A DNA stretch of 64,000 nucleotides, taken from the sequence record MH383160.1; one strand, 5' to 3'. The notes beneath the pieces are model-generated. The model saw only the letters and a list, made by a program, of their open reading frames with translations, had not been told where the DNA came from and made no database searches. Below, in pieces: positions 10,011 to 19,649 of the stretch. Both the position numbers and the translations under genes were made by a program. How positions within the stretch are numbered: the first letter of the stretch is position 1; every line of letters begins with the position of its first letter.

Positions 10011-10923
10011 CTTGAAAAACTTTCAAGCCAAGTAGCTTACGCCACATGAATACGACTTGTGCTCGGTCATCATATACCTTTTTAACATCGTAATGATCAA
10101 CCACATTTTTCATGTACAGGTCGAATTTTACAACATCATCAGGACGTTTATCATCGATATCTCGCATAAACAATGCATCGTAAGGAACACCCCAATTCTT
10201 AAGCCACTGTTCGGTATCAGCACGACACCCTTCAGTACGCCCACTCATGACGATAATCTTGCGTTTATGAAAAACTGCTTCAGCGATAATAGACAAAATA
10301 ACTTCTTCATCAGGTGTATCCTGAAGAACAGTACTTTCATCGTAAGGATTACGACCCCATTTATGAGCAAGAGTACCGTCAATATCAACGATAACAGCAG
10401 CTTCGCGTGAATTACCATAGTAACCAATGTGTAATGCTTTACTATAATAGTACGTATCTGCCATTTTGTCAATGATATCATCTGGTACTGAACGCCCACG
10501 CTGGAGGTTATATTTCTTACAAAGTTTTACGAACTCTTTAATCTTAAAGAATTCATGAACATCTGCACCACGGTCTTCATTAGGTACAAAATCATCATAG
10601 AAGTTCTTTTCTTTGTAATCATAACCATTATCTGTAGCCCATACTTTCCAGAGATCACGGAAATGTGGTTTAAGGTTCGTATCGGATACGATGATGTTCC
10701 AACCATTCTCTGCTGCTGAATTTGCTGCACTGAACTGTAAATTATCTACGTACTGCTCATTAGCATCGTTGAATTTGTAAGCATCATGTGACCCAGCCAT
10801 AGATTCACGAATATCATCACGGTTGATGTTGATAGTCTTGGATTTGGCTTTTTTAATCTCTTGCACTGCCCATGTAGTTTTACCACACCCAGGCAATCCA
10901 ACTGTTAATGTGATAGTTGGCAT
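9991..10923 (-). CDS. pseT: polynucleotide 5'-kinase/3'-phosphatase
   Basis: Walker A GLPGCGKTT, RDDIR, HAD motif DIDGTL, SGR, DDR. Confidence 0.95.
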   Translation of the reverse strand: MPTITLTVGLPGCGKTTWAVQEIKKAKSKTININRDDIRESMAGSHDAYKFNDANEQYVDNLQFSAANSAAENGWNIIVSDTNLKPHFRDLWKVWATDNGYDYKEKNFYDDFVPNEDRGADVHEFFKIKEFVKLCKKYNLQRGRSVPDDIIDKMADTYYYSKALHIGYYGNSREAAVIVDIDGTLAHKWGRNPYDESTVLQDTPDEEVILSIIAEAVFHKRKIIVMSGRTEGCRADTEQWLKNWGVPYDALFMRDIDDKRPDDVVKFDLYMKNVVDHYDVKKVYDDRAQVVFMWRKLLGLKVFQVAEGNF

Positions 10924-10926
10924 CCT

Positions 10927-11256
10927 TTAATCCTCTAAAAATTTAACATGCTCTATATTATGATAGGTGAGCCATTCCTGTGGTGTTCCCTTTCGTATTA
11001 AAACACCAATATACGCAATACCATTAATTAGACCATTACTATCAGTATTCACATCAACTTTCACAATCTCGGAATCGTACCAGTGTTTAAATGTGTAATC
11101 CCAACATCTGACTTTCTTCCCAATAAGATTGCTCTTGTATTTGTCAATCATTTCATCGACGATAGTTTGCACTGAATTTTTAATTTCAGCTTCTACTGAC
11201 TTTATATATAGTAAATTACTTTGTGCATTGTTTATCATTATATTTCCCAACTCCAA
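10927..11256 (-). CDS. family C small hypothetical protein
   Basis: NLIGKKVRCW motif. Confidence 0.65.
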   Translation of the reverse strand: MELGNIMINNAQSNLLYIKSVEAEIKNSVQTIVDEMIDKYKSNLIGKKVRCWDYTFKHWYDSEIVKVDVNTDSNGLINGIAYIGVLIRKGTPQEWLTYHNIEHVKFLED

Positions 11257-11452
11257 ATCGCTTGGAGATTTTCACAAGTACAGATTCATCACAACGAATA
11301 CTAGCAGTATCATTGGATGAACTGTACTTTAATGGGGTCCACTGTAATTGAGATTCTTCTAGGAACTTGATACATCTGAAATAATCTTTCAAGGAAAGAA
11401 ATTTAACTACTGACATATCCTGAACAATACTATGCTGAACTTCAACTTTCAT
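11216..11452 (-). CDS. hypothetical protein
   Basis: 78 aa ORF with SD. Confidence 0.55.
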   Translation of the reverse strand: MKVEVQHSIVQDMSVVKFLSLKDYFRCIKFLEESQLQWTPLKYSSSNDTASIRCDESVLVKISKRFGVGKYNDKQCTK

Positions 11453-11461
11453 ATGAACTCC

Positions 11462-11719
11462 TTATAGTGGGTCGAATTTATTTTCACGTTTCGATGTATA
11501 GCGAGTTACATCATGTATTCTCGGCTTAACACCTTTTGGTTTCCTTTTCTTCTTGTATTCAGTACTACTACATCCGAAGGTATTCTCGATTCGTTTCTTA
11601 CTTATCTTCACACCTTTCATTGAGCGTTTGTGCTGTAATTCATCGATTTCTTCTTGTATTTTCCTGAACTCAGTCGGAGAAAGGGAACCGTCATTTTTAT
11701 ACTTAGGTTTAGCCATCAC
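11462..11719 (-). CDS. small basic hypothetical protein
   Basis: 85 aa Lys/Arg-rich ORF with SD GGAG. Confidence 0.6.
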   Translation of the reverse strand: MMAKPKYKNDGSLSPTEFRKIQEEIDELQHKRSMKGVKISKKRIENTFGCSSTEYKKKRKPKGVKPRIHDVTRYTSKRENKFDPL

Positions 11720-11746
11720 TTCTCCTTGTGCTTAGGCTAGATAGTA

Positions 11747-12889
11747 CTAAAAATCCTTTAGTACAATTTTCATGTATTTTATAAGAGTCTCTTTGTAATC
11801 AACTTTCTTATTGTTATACATTGCAAAGGCCAAGCCCTGACGATTCAGTTCATTAGTTAAACACTCCTGAACCTTCATTGCGAATTCCTTTCGCTCCAAG
11901 TGCTTGTGTTCCTTGACGAAGCTTTCTACTTCATCTTGTAATGCATTATAGCACGAAAATACCAATTGTTCCATTCTTAATATCTTTTGCATAGCATATT
12001 CATCAGTACTGAACAATTGTTTTAAATCATCACTTGAACCATTTAATACTGCTTCATATAAATGAGAATCAATAATAATACTATCTTTTGTAAGATGTAA
12101 TGAACTGTACCAGTCAGTCTTTATTTTACACATTGTCCCATTATTTAGGATGCACACAAAACCCTCAATATCAAGCATTTTATGAACTTCCTCCACGCTT
12201 TCACGGAAGGTATTTCGTACCGGAAAAGTGTGATGAATATCTTTTCCAGTCATATTAGTACTGTACTGTGCAAGACATGGAAACTTATCACGTAGTGCTT
12301 TACCACATAGCAACTCACCACTCACACGATGACGAACGTTCAGTACAAACAGTTGTTCTACCTGATATGGTAATACAATTCGGTACTCTGGGCTTGTATA
12401 CTCCATATTAACTGTGTAACCTAAACGTTCCGCTTCGTCGATGTACTGATACAAATTCTGGTTCTCGTTAATAAGTCGAGTACTGTTAATCGCATGGTCA
12501 GAATACAATGCTGTATGTGATTTACAACGAATCTCACCATCATTATCACGGTAAGTACTGATAATCGAACCATCCAACTTAGGCATCACTACCGCAATGT
12601 CATCGCATGTGGTGTTAGCAGGGAACATTGTAGCAGGATTCTCGTAAGCATTGAAGAACTTTTTCATTGTACGTGCTGCACAACGTATCATGTCACCTTC
12701 TTCATCAATTTCCCACATAGAGCCACGGGTTTCCAATGCATTTGGTTGCATGAAATCAGTGTATGATGCTAGACGATAACTGAATACACGATACGTGCCA
12801 CCAGCAGGACTTTTATGATCCACATAAAAGAATGCATCGTTTGTATTACATAAGTGCATTAAATCTTCATATATTTGCAAAAGGGTCAT
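11747..12889 (-). CDS. rnlA: RNA ligase 1, T4 RnlA-like
   Basis: FSYRLASY, ETRG, KFFN, motif I PKLDGS, EGFV, KIKTDWY. Confidence 0.93.
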   Translation of the reverse strand: MTLLQIYEDLMHLCNTNDAFFYVDHKSPAGGTYRVFSYRLASYTDFMQPNALETRGSMWEIDEEGDMIRCAARTMKKFFNAYENPATMFPANTTCDDIAVVMPKLDGSIISTYRDNDGEIRCKSHTALYSDHAINSTRLINENQNLYQYIDEAERLGYTVNMEYTSPEYRIVLPYQVEQLFVLNVRHRVSGELLCGKALRDKFPCLAQYSTNMTGKDIHHTFPVRNTFRESVEEVHKMLDIEGFVCILNNGTMCKIKTDWYSSLHLTKDSIIIDSHLYEAVLNGSSDDLKQLFSTDEYAMQKILRMEQLVFSCYNALQDEVESFVKEHKHLERKEFAMKVQECLTNELNRQGLAFAMYNNKKVDYKETLIKYMKIVLKDF

Positions 12890-13194
12890 TTTATTACCTC
12901 TATATCTACATCAGTTCCATAATATGATATTAATCCATCATCAGATTCACACTGAATAGACAACTCAGATTCATAGTATGTTACTTTATTCACTGTTAGT
13001 ACTTGTTCTTCAATTACTCCAGAAAAATAATTCATCTCACGTACACGAACTTTAGTTCCTTTAGGTAGTTCATCTGAGATTTTTCGAACAAGATCATAAG
13101 CAGCCTGTTCAAGTGTGTACAGTAATTGTAATCTATCTTGAATATTCATATTATTTCCACCAACTGGTATCACGTCCATTAGACAAAGATTCAT
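12886..13194 (-). CDS. family C small hypothetical protein (start probably MNIQD)
   Basis: ELPKGTKVRV motif. Confidence 0.6.
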   Translation of the reverse strand: MNLCLMDVIPVGGNNMNIQDRLQLLYTLEQAAYDLVRKISDELPKGTKVRVREMNYFSGVIEEQVLTVNKVTYYESELSIQCESDDGLISYYGTDVDIEVIK

Positions 13195-13840
13195 TGTACT
13201 GATGCCTAAAATTAGTTTTTGGATTATTGTTCATAGTACTAATAAAATCAAATTTAACATTCTCTTGAATATATTTTTTAACACTATCTTTAAATTTAAT
13301 AGTACTGAAGTCTAAATCTAGATGTTCATACAATACCGGATGACAAAACTCATGTGTACGCAACGCTGGCATGGTATCCTTAATGTATTGCACAGTGTTA
13401 ATCATTGCATTGTATTCAGGCATAGCACGCATCATCATTAGCTGAAAGTGTTCTTCCTCTGACATTGACTCATCCAAATCAATAACGACTTCATCATTTT
13501 TAGAGTCATAAACTTTAATGGTACTCTTGGTTGGATCAAGCATAGCCCACTCTGGATACAGGCATGTTTTCCAAAAAGGATTATTGCACTGAAACATACT
13601 AATGAGATTTTGATCTTTATCAAAAATAGCAAATCCAAGATCCGAACTTGGTTGTACTTCACATACACAAATATCGTAAGACGAGTCTTCAGTACTGAGT
13701 GAACCAACTACATTTGATATATGTGAATATGGAGTTTCTCTTGACTCCAACTGAAATGTACTTTCAATTCGATTGATTTGTGGATGTAATGTAATTACAC
13801 CCCTTAGTACATATAAAATTCTATCTAAATCTTTAATCAA
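13151..13840 (-). CDS. family A (FQ-module) protein
   Basis: motif MSEEEHFQLMM. Confidence 0.75.
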   Translation of the reverse strand: MIKDLDRILYVLRGVITLHPQINRIESTFQLESRETPYSHISNVVGSLSTEDSSYDICVCEVQPSSDLGFAIFDKDQNLISMFQCNNPFWKTCLYPEWAMLDPTKSTIKVYDSKNDEVVIDLDESMSEEEHFQLMMMRAMPEYNAMINTVQYIKDTMPALRTHEFCHPVLYEHLDLDFSTIKFKDSVKKYIQENVKFDFISTMNNNPKTNFRHQYNESLSNGRDTSWWK

Positions 13841-14415
13841 AATTCTATCCCCGTATCAGTTAATTTCGTTCCGTCCATGTACTTAACAGTTATTTCAATG
13901 CGTCGATCAGTACTCAATTTTTGAAGATCATTGTAGTACAATTTAAATTCTTCAAAGAATTCAAGTGGTGGAATATCGTATAAAGTACTAATCTGGAAGT
14001 GCTCAGGTAATCCAAATTCCAATATATCAATCTTAGGCATAAGTCCATCGGCTGCTGCACCTTCTGGAGTACTGCTGTCTGCTACATAAAACATAGAATT
14101 ACCATGACGCTGGATAACGAATACGCAATCATCTTCACTTATATAAATCATATTTCCAAGGTATGGATCGTTATCACACCAATTGTCATGGACGAATTGA
14201 TCAACTTGAAGTAAATCGTGTATAATTCCTCGACCACTATCATCGATTCTAATATGTAAACCAGAATCACTTTTGCTCAACCAGCGGTATCTTGAATCAC
14301 ATCCTGATTCCATAAATGGATATTTTGAAAAATCCATATCAGTACCATTATAAAACCAATCGTACCACTCATTACGCATACTAATCAGCTTAGTACTTAA
14401 TTCTAATACATTCAT
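13837..14415 (-). CDS. family A (FQ-module) protein
   Basis: motif LPEHFQISTLYD. Confidence 0.75.
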   Translation of the reverse strand: MNVLELSTKLISMRNEWYDWFYNGTDMDFSKYPFMESGCDSRYRWLSKSDSGLHIRIDDSGRGIIHDLLQVDQFVHDNWCDNDPYLGNMIYISEDDCVFVIQRHGNSMFYVADSSTPEGAAADGLMPKIDILEFGLPEHFQISTLYDIPPLEFFEEFKLYYNDLQKLSTDRRIEITVKYMDGTKLTDTGIEF

Positions 14416-14422
14416 TTTAGTT

Positions 14423-14725
14423 TTATCCTCTTAATTTAATAGTACTGGCTGGATATTCTACAAAAGTATTATCTGGTAATCCTATACAGTAATAAGGTAA
14501 ATACCCCATCTTTATATTAATACCAATTAAAATTCCTGTTTTATATGAAGTATTAATTCCATAGTAATCGTCTATATCAACAGCAAGTCCATATAATGAT
14601 ATGTTACAATCCTTGATGTATCGGTCAAACATTTTATACATTGATGGATATAAAGTTCCATTGGATTGTCTCACCAAATCAGCCAACATTTTGATAGTAC
14701 TGTTAATTAAATCTATACTGAACAT
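14423..14725 (-). CDS. hypothetical protein, family C-like
   Basis: 100 aa; SLYGLAVDI...GILIG. Confidence 0.6.
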   Translation of the reverse strand: MFSIDLINSTIKMLADLVRQSNGTLYPSMYKMFDRYIKDCNISLYGLAVDIDDYYGINTSYKTGILIGINIKMGYLPYYCIGLPDNTFVEYPASTIKLRG

Positions 14726-14769
14726 CTTTGTACCTGCGAAAAAAGACCAGCAAACGCTGGTCTAAGAAT

Positions 14770-15051
14770 TTAAATTATTTCATAAAGACAATATACACCA
14801 TCAACGCCAGCATCAGGAAAATCAACATAGAAATTCACACTAACAGTGTCGTAATCTATATTAGTGATTCGTCCGGTTTTACCTACACTTTTTACAAATA
14901 TATCAGACCCAAGATACACAAACTCGAACTCGTCAGCATACTCTTTTATGATATCTGCGAACCAACAACCACACCTAGGTTCTGTGTTAATAATTTCAAG
15001 ATATAATGTAATATATTGTTCGTATGTCCATGTGTGTAGATAAAAATCCAT
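14770..15051 (-). CDS. hypothetical protein, family C-like
   Basis: 93 aa; YLGSDIFV...GKTGRITNI. Confidence 0.6.
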   Translation of the reverse strand: MDFYLHTWTYEQYITLYLEIINTEPRCGCWFADIIKEYADEFEFVYLGSDIFVKSVGKTGRITNIDYDTVSVNFYVDFPDAGVDGVYCLYEII

Positions 15052-15061
15052 AGAAGTTTCC

Positions 15062-15799
15062 TTAGAAATATATCATACCCATCAATTCAGAATCGGCGGG
15101 GCGAGTGTAACCTTGCTTCTTAACTTTAAAATAGAATGATTCATGCTCTTCTAAATTATAACGTTTTTTCAAGCAACGAGTGTATGTCTGACAATTTGGG
15201 TGAACCCATTCATAAATGTGAATGCCATTTTCGTCATAACCATTTATACTACAACGATTTCCTTCATGCTTCATGAAGTTTTTACTTTTTTCAGTAAATT
15301 CTTTCACTGTAGTTGTATATGGAGATTTGTATTCAAAAGGAACTTCAGTCATACGAAAATAATAGTATTCTTCGTCTTCATCATATCCCAAGAGCACTGT
15401 GTTAGTTTCACGTACATTGTAATGATTCTTACTTTTTAATTCATTTTCGTATATATCTTTCAGTACTTCTGCAAAAACTTCCTCGCTTGATGCATTAGGA
15501 TTAGATACACCTGATACTCGGCGTTCAATAATAAAATCAGTGAATTTACGGTCTTCGGCAATATCTTCGTTCATATAAAGACTAACAAACTTATCCTTAT
15601 ATGTCTTTACACTATATTGCTTACTTTGCACTTCACTATAAACATCTGCTAACATATTCTCCTGACCACACTGCACACCACTTACAGAATAAGCACATGC
15701 ATGTTCAGCCATTACTGATGTTAACATTTGGAAATTTGCCATGTTTAATTCATTCGCCATCTCTGTAGCGAAACGGATACGGTCAAGCATTTCACACAC
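15062..15799 (-). CDS. hypothetical protein
   Basis: 245 aa ORF with SD AAGGAG. Confidence 0.75.
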   Translation of the reverse strand: MCEMLDRIRFATEMANELNMANFQMLTSVMAEHACAYSVSGVQCGQENMLADVYSEVQSKQYSVKTYKDKFVSLYMNEDIAEDRKFTDFIIERRVSGVSNPNASSEEVFAEVLKDIYENELKSKNHYNVRETNTVLLGYDEDEEYYYFRMTEVPFEYKSPYTTTVKEFTEKSKNFMKHEGNRCSINGYDENGIHIYEWVHPNCQTYTRCLKKRYNLEEHESFYFKVKKQGYTRPADSELMGMIYF

Positions 15800-15830
15800 T
15801 CCTTGTGTTAATTATTGTTCCTTACCCATT

Positions 15831-15839
15831 ATTATATCA
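15831..15839 (-). promoter_or_regulatory. extended -10 promoter element
   Basis: TGATATAAT in intergenic space; -35 weak. Confidence 0.45.
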
Positions 15840-15848
15840 TGAATTAAA

Positions 15849-16126
15849 CTATTGTCCCTGTTTATAGCAATAAAGATTCTCTAATTTAAAGTCCACTAGG
15901 TCACATTCAGAACGTACTCGATTCTTGTTCCAGAATAAAATACGAATCCTTTCATAATCACGATAAACACTAATAATGCTTCGGTGCTTGGATTTGTAGT
16001 ACTCCTGTACTATCCCCAGATACACAGTCCTCAATAAAGACTTAGTTGGATAGGGCATATTCTGTGCTGACGTGATATTGTAAATCATCTTCATTGTTTC
16101 AGCAATAAGTACTTCATTTGTTCTCA
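15849..16126 (-). CDS. family C (TYK subgroup)-like protein
   Basis: MRTNEVLIAETMKMIYNI; start re-assigned to overlap-coupled ATG. Confidence 0.55.
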
Positions 16127-16290
16127 TTGTAATCCTTACATACACTATGCAAAGTAAACCCTAAACCAACACCGACAAATGGAAATAGTAAATTGATATA
16201 CCAAGTATTAATTGATGAAAGGAAACAAATCCCACATACTGTCAGTACTGCCAATGAAAAAAGACTCCAGATAAAAAATACTGTTCTCAT
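16114..16290 (-). CDS. 58 aa two-TM membrane protein (not in ORF track)
   Basis: Manual translation MRTVFFIWSLFSLAVLTVCGICFLSSINTWYINLLFPFVGVGLGFTLHSVCKDYNENK; fills gap with ATGA overlaps. Confidence 0.65.
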   Translation of the reverse strand: MRTVFFIWSLFSLAVLTVCGICFLSSINTWYINLLFPFVGVGLGFTLHSVCKDYNENK

Positions 16291-16577
16291 AAAAATATTA
16301 CCTCATCAAATGAAAAGTTTAAGTACGTTGTTGAATCTTGGTCTAAACTATGAATAGTAATATGACCATTGAAATAAAAAGAAACATCAACTATTTGAAG
16401 TTTTGGGTATTTTCTAGTACTGAAATATCTACCCACTAACACAGCATATATATAATCCCTGTACTCTTGAGTAATGAATTCATACATATTATGATTTGCA
16501 CTGCACTTTTCATCATAAGTATTAGTATATTCTTTCATCAGTAGAGCATATGTTTTTTGTATTAATATGATATTCAT
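16287..16577 (-). CDS. family C (TYK subgroup) protein
   Basis: LIQKTYALLMKEY...VLVGRYF. Confidence 0.65.
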   Translation of the reverse strand: MNIILIQKTYALLMKEYTNTYDEKCSANHNMYEFITQEYRDYIYAVLVGRYFSTRKYPKLQIVDVSFYFNGHITIHSLDQDSTTYLNFSFDEVIFL

Positions 16578-16837
16578 AAATCACCTAATACCTCAAAAAT
16601 TACTGATATTGGGTATAATGGGTTACCAGTTGAAGTAATACATACAATTAGTACGTTTTTTCCTGGTCCCACATCCGTTATAGTGAAATTAATATTATTA
16701 ATATTCAGTGATTTACCAATATAATGCTCTTTCAATAATTCAACAAAATAATCCAGTACTGGATTATCTGCACTATATGATAACTCAGTACTTGATATCA
16801 TTTTATATGTATGAACTATTAGTTCAGCTTTAGTCAT
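16574..16837 (-). CDS. family C (TYK subgroup) protein
   Basis: MTKAELIVHTYKMI...HYIGKSL; start re-assigned to ATG overlapping the upstream stop. Confidence 0.65.
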   Translation of the reverse strand: MTKAELIVHTYKMISSTELSYSADNPVLDYFVELLKEHYIGKSLNINNINFTITDVGPGKNVLIVCITSTGNPLYPISVIFEVLGDL

Positions 16838-17030
16838 GAACACGCTCACAATTAAGGCAATAAATGCACTCAATGTCAGGTCGCCATGATTTATCAAAAT
16901 CTTTGTGCTGTTCTTCGGTGTATTCTGCATCATCATTAATAGGGAAGAAATCACCAGCACCAGTCGCCCAGTCTGAATCTAAACGGAAACGAGCTAATTG
17001 AGTACTGTTACAATATGGACATTTATTCAA
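16830..17030 (-). CDS. small zinc-ribbon protein
   Basis: CPYC...CLNC. Confidence 0.65.
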   Translation of the reverse strand: MNKCPYCNSTQLARFRLDSDWATGAGDFFPINDDAEYTEEQHKDFDKSWRPDIECIYCLNCERVHD

Positions 17031-17307
17031 AATTTATTCCTTCTAACTGATATACGTTTAATGAAAATGACCCACTATTATTATCGCATCTGAAACACAG
17101 TGTTAAAGAACCATTAAAACTAACTACATCCGTACAGATACATTTTTCACCATTGGATATGATAGATTTTCCTATATATAAATCTCTTACTATAGTACGG
17201 TAATGTTGCCATAAAAAATAATACACACTTTCATAGTACTCATCTTTTACATATGATAAGTATAAGAATTTATAAAATACTTGTATTTCCTTTAAGTTGT
17301 TTTTCAT
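17023..17307 (-). CDS. family C (TYK subgroup) protein
   Basis: EIQVFYKFLYLSY...LYIGKSI. Confidence 0.7.
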   Translation of the reverse strand: MKNNLKEIQVFYKFLYLSYVKDEYYESVYYFLWQHYRTIVRDLYIGKSIISNGEKCICTDVVSFNGSLTLCFRCDNNSGSFSLNVYQLEGINFE

Positions 17308-17581
17308 TCTTCAATTCCAGTAAATTTACACCAATCCAATCAACATCACTATCAGTACTTAATTCCAATCGTAGCTTACCGCTATGACTAACAATATCGC
17401 GGAATTTGTATATTTTATTATCACGAACTATACACAAATCATGGTAATAATCATGTAATTCATCCAAAAACTTTATCCATACCGAACGATAGATTTCACT
17501 GTAGAGATATTCTCCAGCATCAACCGTAGCGTATTGGATATACAAAAATTTGTATGTGAATTGTATATCATTTAATAACAT
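17270..17581 (-). CDS. family C (TYK subgroup) protein
   Basis: LNDIQFTYKFLYIQY. Confidence 0.7.
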   Translation of the reverse strand: MLLNDIQFTYKFLYIQYATVDAGEYLYSEIYRSVWIKFLDELHDYYHDLCIVRDNKIYKFRDIVSHSGKLRLELSTDSDVDWIGVNLLELKNEKQLKGNTSIL

Positions 17582-17591
17582 ATGTAACCTC

Positions 17592-17903
17592 TTATAAATT
17601 CACCAACTTCACAACTTTAATCTCGATAAATCCCCTATCGGTTATTTCCTGAAATTGAACATGGATTATACCATTATATGATTGCACACCATAGAAATCG
17701 AATTTATCATTTCCATCGATAAAAGTACTGTAATTCTTTTTTATATATTCACCTACTGAATCTAAGTACTCAATATATAAATCAATAAATGGTTGTTCTT
17801 TGTATCGGTTATGTGAACCTATGTTGTTACTAACAAGGTATACATCATACAAATCATATAGGATCTTATAAGTGAATTGTATATCATTTAAATTTAATCC
17901 CAA
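17592..17903 (-). CDS. family C (TYK subgroup) protein
   Basis: LNDIQFTYKILYDLY. Confidence 0.7.
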   Translation of the reverse strand: MGLNLNDIQFTYKILYDLYDVYLVSNNIGSHNRYKEQPFIDLYIEYLDSVGEYIKKNYSTFIDGNDKFDFYGVQSYNGIIHVQFQEITDRGFIEIKVVKLVNL

Positions 17904-18160
17904 GGGAATATCTCCAACGGAATACTGGTAAATCCAAAATCAGTGTAGTACTGAACCTCAACTTTACCATCACGTCTAATGATTATATCAGAAAATTCTG
18001 CATGGTCATCACCAATAATAACAGTACTGAATTTTTTTTTAATCTTACCACGAATCGTATGAATCATTTCAGTGCCTGTGTCTTCTAGACTAGGGCTATC
18101 ATTGTCGTGTGCTAAATCTCGAATAATCTTGTATGTTAGTAGGAAATCTTTATAATTCAT
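17894..18160 (-). CDS. family C (TYK subgroup) protein
   Basis: MNYKDFLLTYKIIRDL. Confidence 0.7.
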   Translation of the reverse strand: MNYKDFLLTYKIIRDLAHDNDSPSLEDTGTEMIHTIRGKIKKKFSTVIIGDDHAEFSDIIIRRDGKVEVQYYTDFGFTSIPLEIFPWD

Positions 18161-18432
18161 ATGTCCACCAAATCTATACTATATCTTTCATTAGTATTAC
18201 TATCTATAAATGATAGTACTAATTTACCACCAAAACTATTAACTTGTTCTATCTTCTGTTTTTTACCACGAATGATTATCTCACTATTAACAAAATATTC
18301 ACGTATCATTATTAAGTGATTAATCCAGATAGTATGAGTGAATGTGTTTTCTCGTATTGTATTGAGATATCTTCCATTGTGATGTAAATCAAACAAAACA
18401 CTGTATGTATATTGTAGAACTTTATAATTCAT
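18157..18432 (-). CDS. family C (TYK subgroup) protein
   Basis: MNYKVLQYTYSVLFDL. Confidence 0.7.
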   Translation of the reverse strand: MNYKVLQYTYSVLFDLHHNGRYLNTIRENTFTHTIWINHLIMIREYFVNSEIIIRGKKQKIEQVNSFGGKLVLSFIDSNTNERYSIDLVDI

Positions 18433-18444
18433 ATATCCCCTTAC

Positions 18445-18473
18445 AAAAATAGCCCGAACTTATGTCGGGCTAT
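18445..18473 (-). terminator. intrinsic terminator
   Basis: ATAGCCCGA/TCGGGCTAT stem followed by T-tract on minus strand. Confidence 0.8.
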
Positions 18474-18478
18474 GTACA

Positions 18479-19165
18479 TTATTCATCGTCGTCATCGTCA
18501 TCTAGATCGATATAGATACTATCATCACCATCATCAAAGTACTCCACAATAACTCCTGGAATATTAAGAGCAGTAAACATTGCATCATATTTCTCATCAG
18601 ATGGAATCAAAACAAATTCATCAATGTTTTGGACTTCTGGCATTTTATCTTCGGGGATACCCATATCAACAAGTGACTGAATAATCTTTTCTTTGAATTC
18701 TAAAAACTTCTCTTCAGATTCAAAATCCATAATAAGCTGTGCAACATATCCTTCATCGTTACCGAATGAAATTGACATTTGTGCATCAGTACCGACATAG
18801 CACCAAACACGTTTGCCTGTGTGTTGCTCAATAAAGTTTTGAATCTGTAACACAATGTCATGGCGAGAACTGTTAGCAATGTTGTTAAGATTTTCTACAC
18901 CAGCATTAATTCCAGTACTGTCATTTGTTTCTTCAAATTCACCATAATCACCCAATACATACTGTACACCTTCATGATGTAATGCATATGCATAGTCAAG
19001 GTCAGCGAGTGAATCGCACTTTCCACGGATCGGACGTAGGGAAAGACCTAAGCGAAGATAACGGAAGTATGTATTAGTATTTGTATTTGTCAACGTAATG
19101 CTCCTTAACAATATAAAAGTAGTTGCTGTTATTGTCAAAAAAGATAACCATCCCTTTATAGACAT
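18479..19165 (-). CDS. acidic hypothetical protein, start uncertain
   Basis: 228 aa ORF, Asp-rich C-terminus; called N-terminus overlaps upstream ORF by 92 nt. Confidence 0.65.
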   Translation of the reverse strand: MSIKGWLSFLTITATTFILLRSITLTNTNTNTYFRYLRLGLSLRPIRGKCDSLADLDYAYALHHEGVQYVLGDYGEFEETNDSTGINAGVENLNNIANSSRHDIVLQIQNFIEQHTGKRVWCYVGTDAQMSISFGNDEGYVAQLIMDFESEEKFLEFKEKIIQSLVDMGIPEDKMPEVQNIDEFVLIPSDEKYDAMFTALNIPGVIVEYFDDGDDSIYIDLDDDDDDE

Positions 19166-19373
19166 TTACACCAATTTTGATTTCACATATGTTATTTGAT
19201 TTACTGGCTTCAGTCAATAACATTTTGTGCTCTTTACTGAAAGTGTGGAACAGTGGTTTGACATGCCACATTTCGATACCATCCAGTACTGAAAATTTAT
19301 CACTAAATTTAATCATTGATTCTTGTAAAAAATATCCTGTAAGATTTATTTCATCACACATGTAAGTTTCCAA
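19074..19373 (-). CDS. hypothetical protein
   Basis: 99 aa ORF. Confidence 0.55.
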   Translation of the reverse strand: METYMCDEINLTGYFLQESMIKFSDKFSVLDGIEMWHVKPLFHTFSKEHKMLLTEASKSNNICEIKIGVNVYKGMVIFFDNNSNYFYIVKEHYVDKYKY

Positions 19374-19647
19374 GAAAATTAATCACATCTTCATGGGTTA
19401 ATGTATCATTACCTTCTAGTACATTAATGATAAACGGCACTTGACGATATAGTTCAGCCAGGAATTGAACCTCATCAGATGTGTAAGAATATCCCATAGG
19501 AACAACCTGTGCAGTCCAGTTTCCTAGAGTTTTGTTAGCAATAATTGCAACTACAGTATTACCTTTGTATTCAACATGGATGGAACGAAATCCTGATTGC
19601 TCATTTTGATCCCAAAGTACTGGATTGGTTTTGAACAGTACTGACAT
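19354..19647 (-). CDS. hypothetical protein
   Basis: 97 aa ORF with SD GAGG. Confidence 0.7.
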   Translation of the reverse strand: MSVLFKTNPVLWDQNEQSGFRSIHVEYKGNTVVAIIANKTLGNWTAQVVPMGYSYTSDEVQFLAELYRQVPFIINVLEGNDTLTHEDVINFLGNLHV

Positions 19648-19649
19648 AA

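Noticed and set aside
18479-19373. 92-nt same-strand overlap of two ORFs as a programmed frameshift or dual coding
   Set aside because: No slippery site recognised. More simply explained by an uncertain start for 18479..19165.
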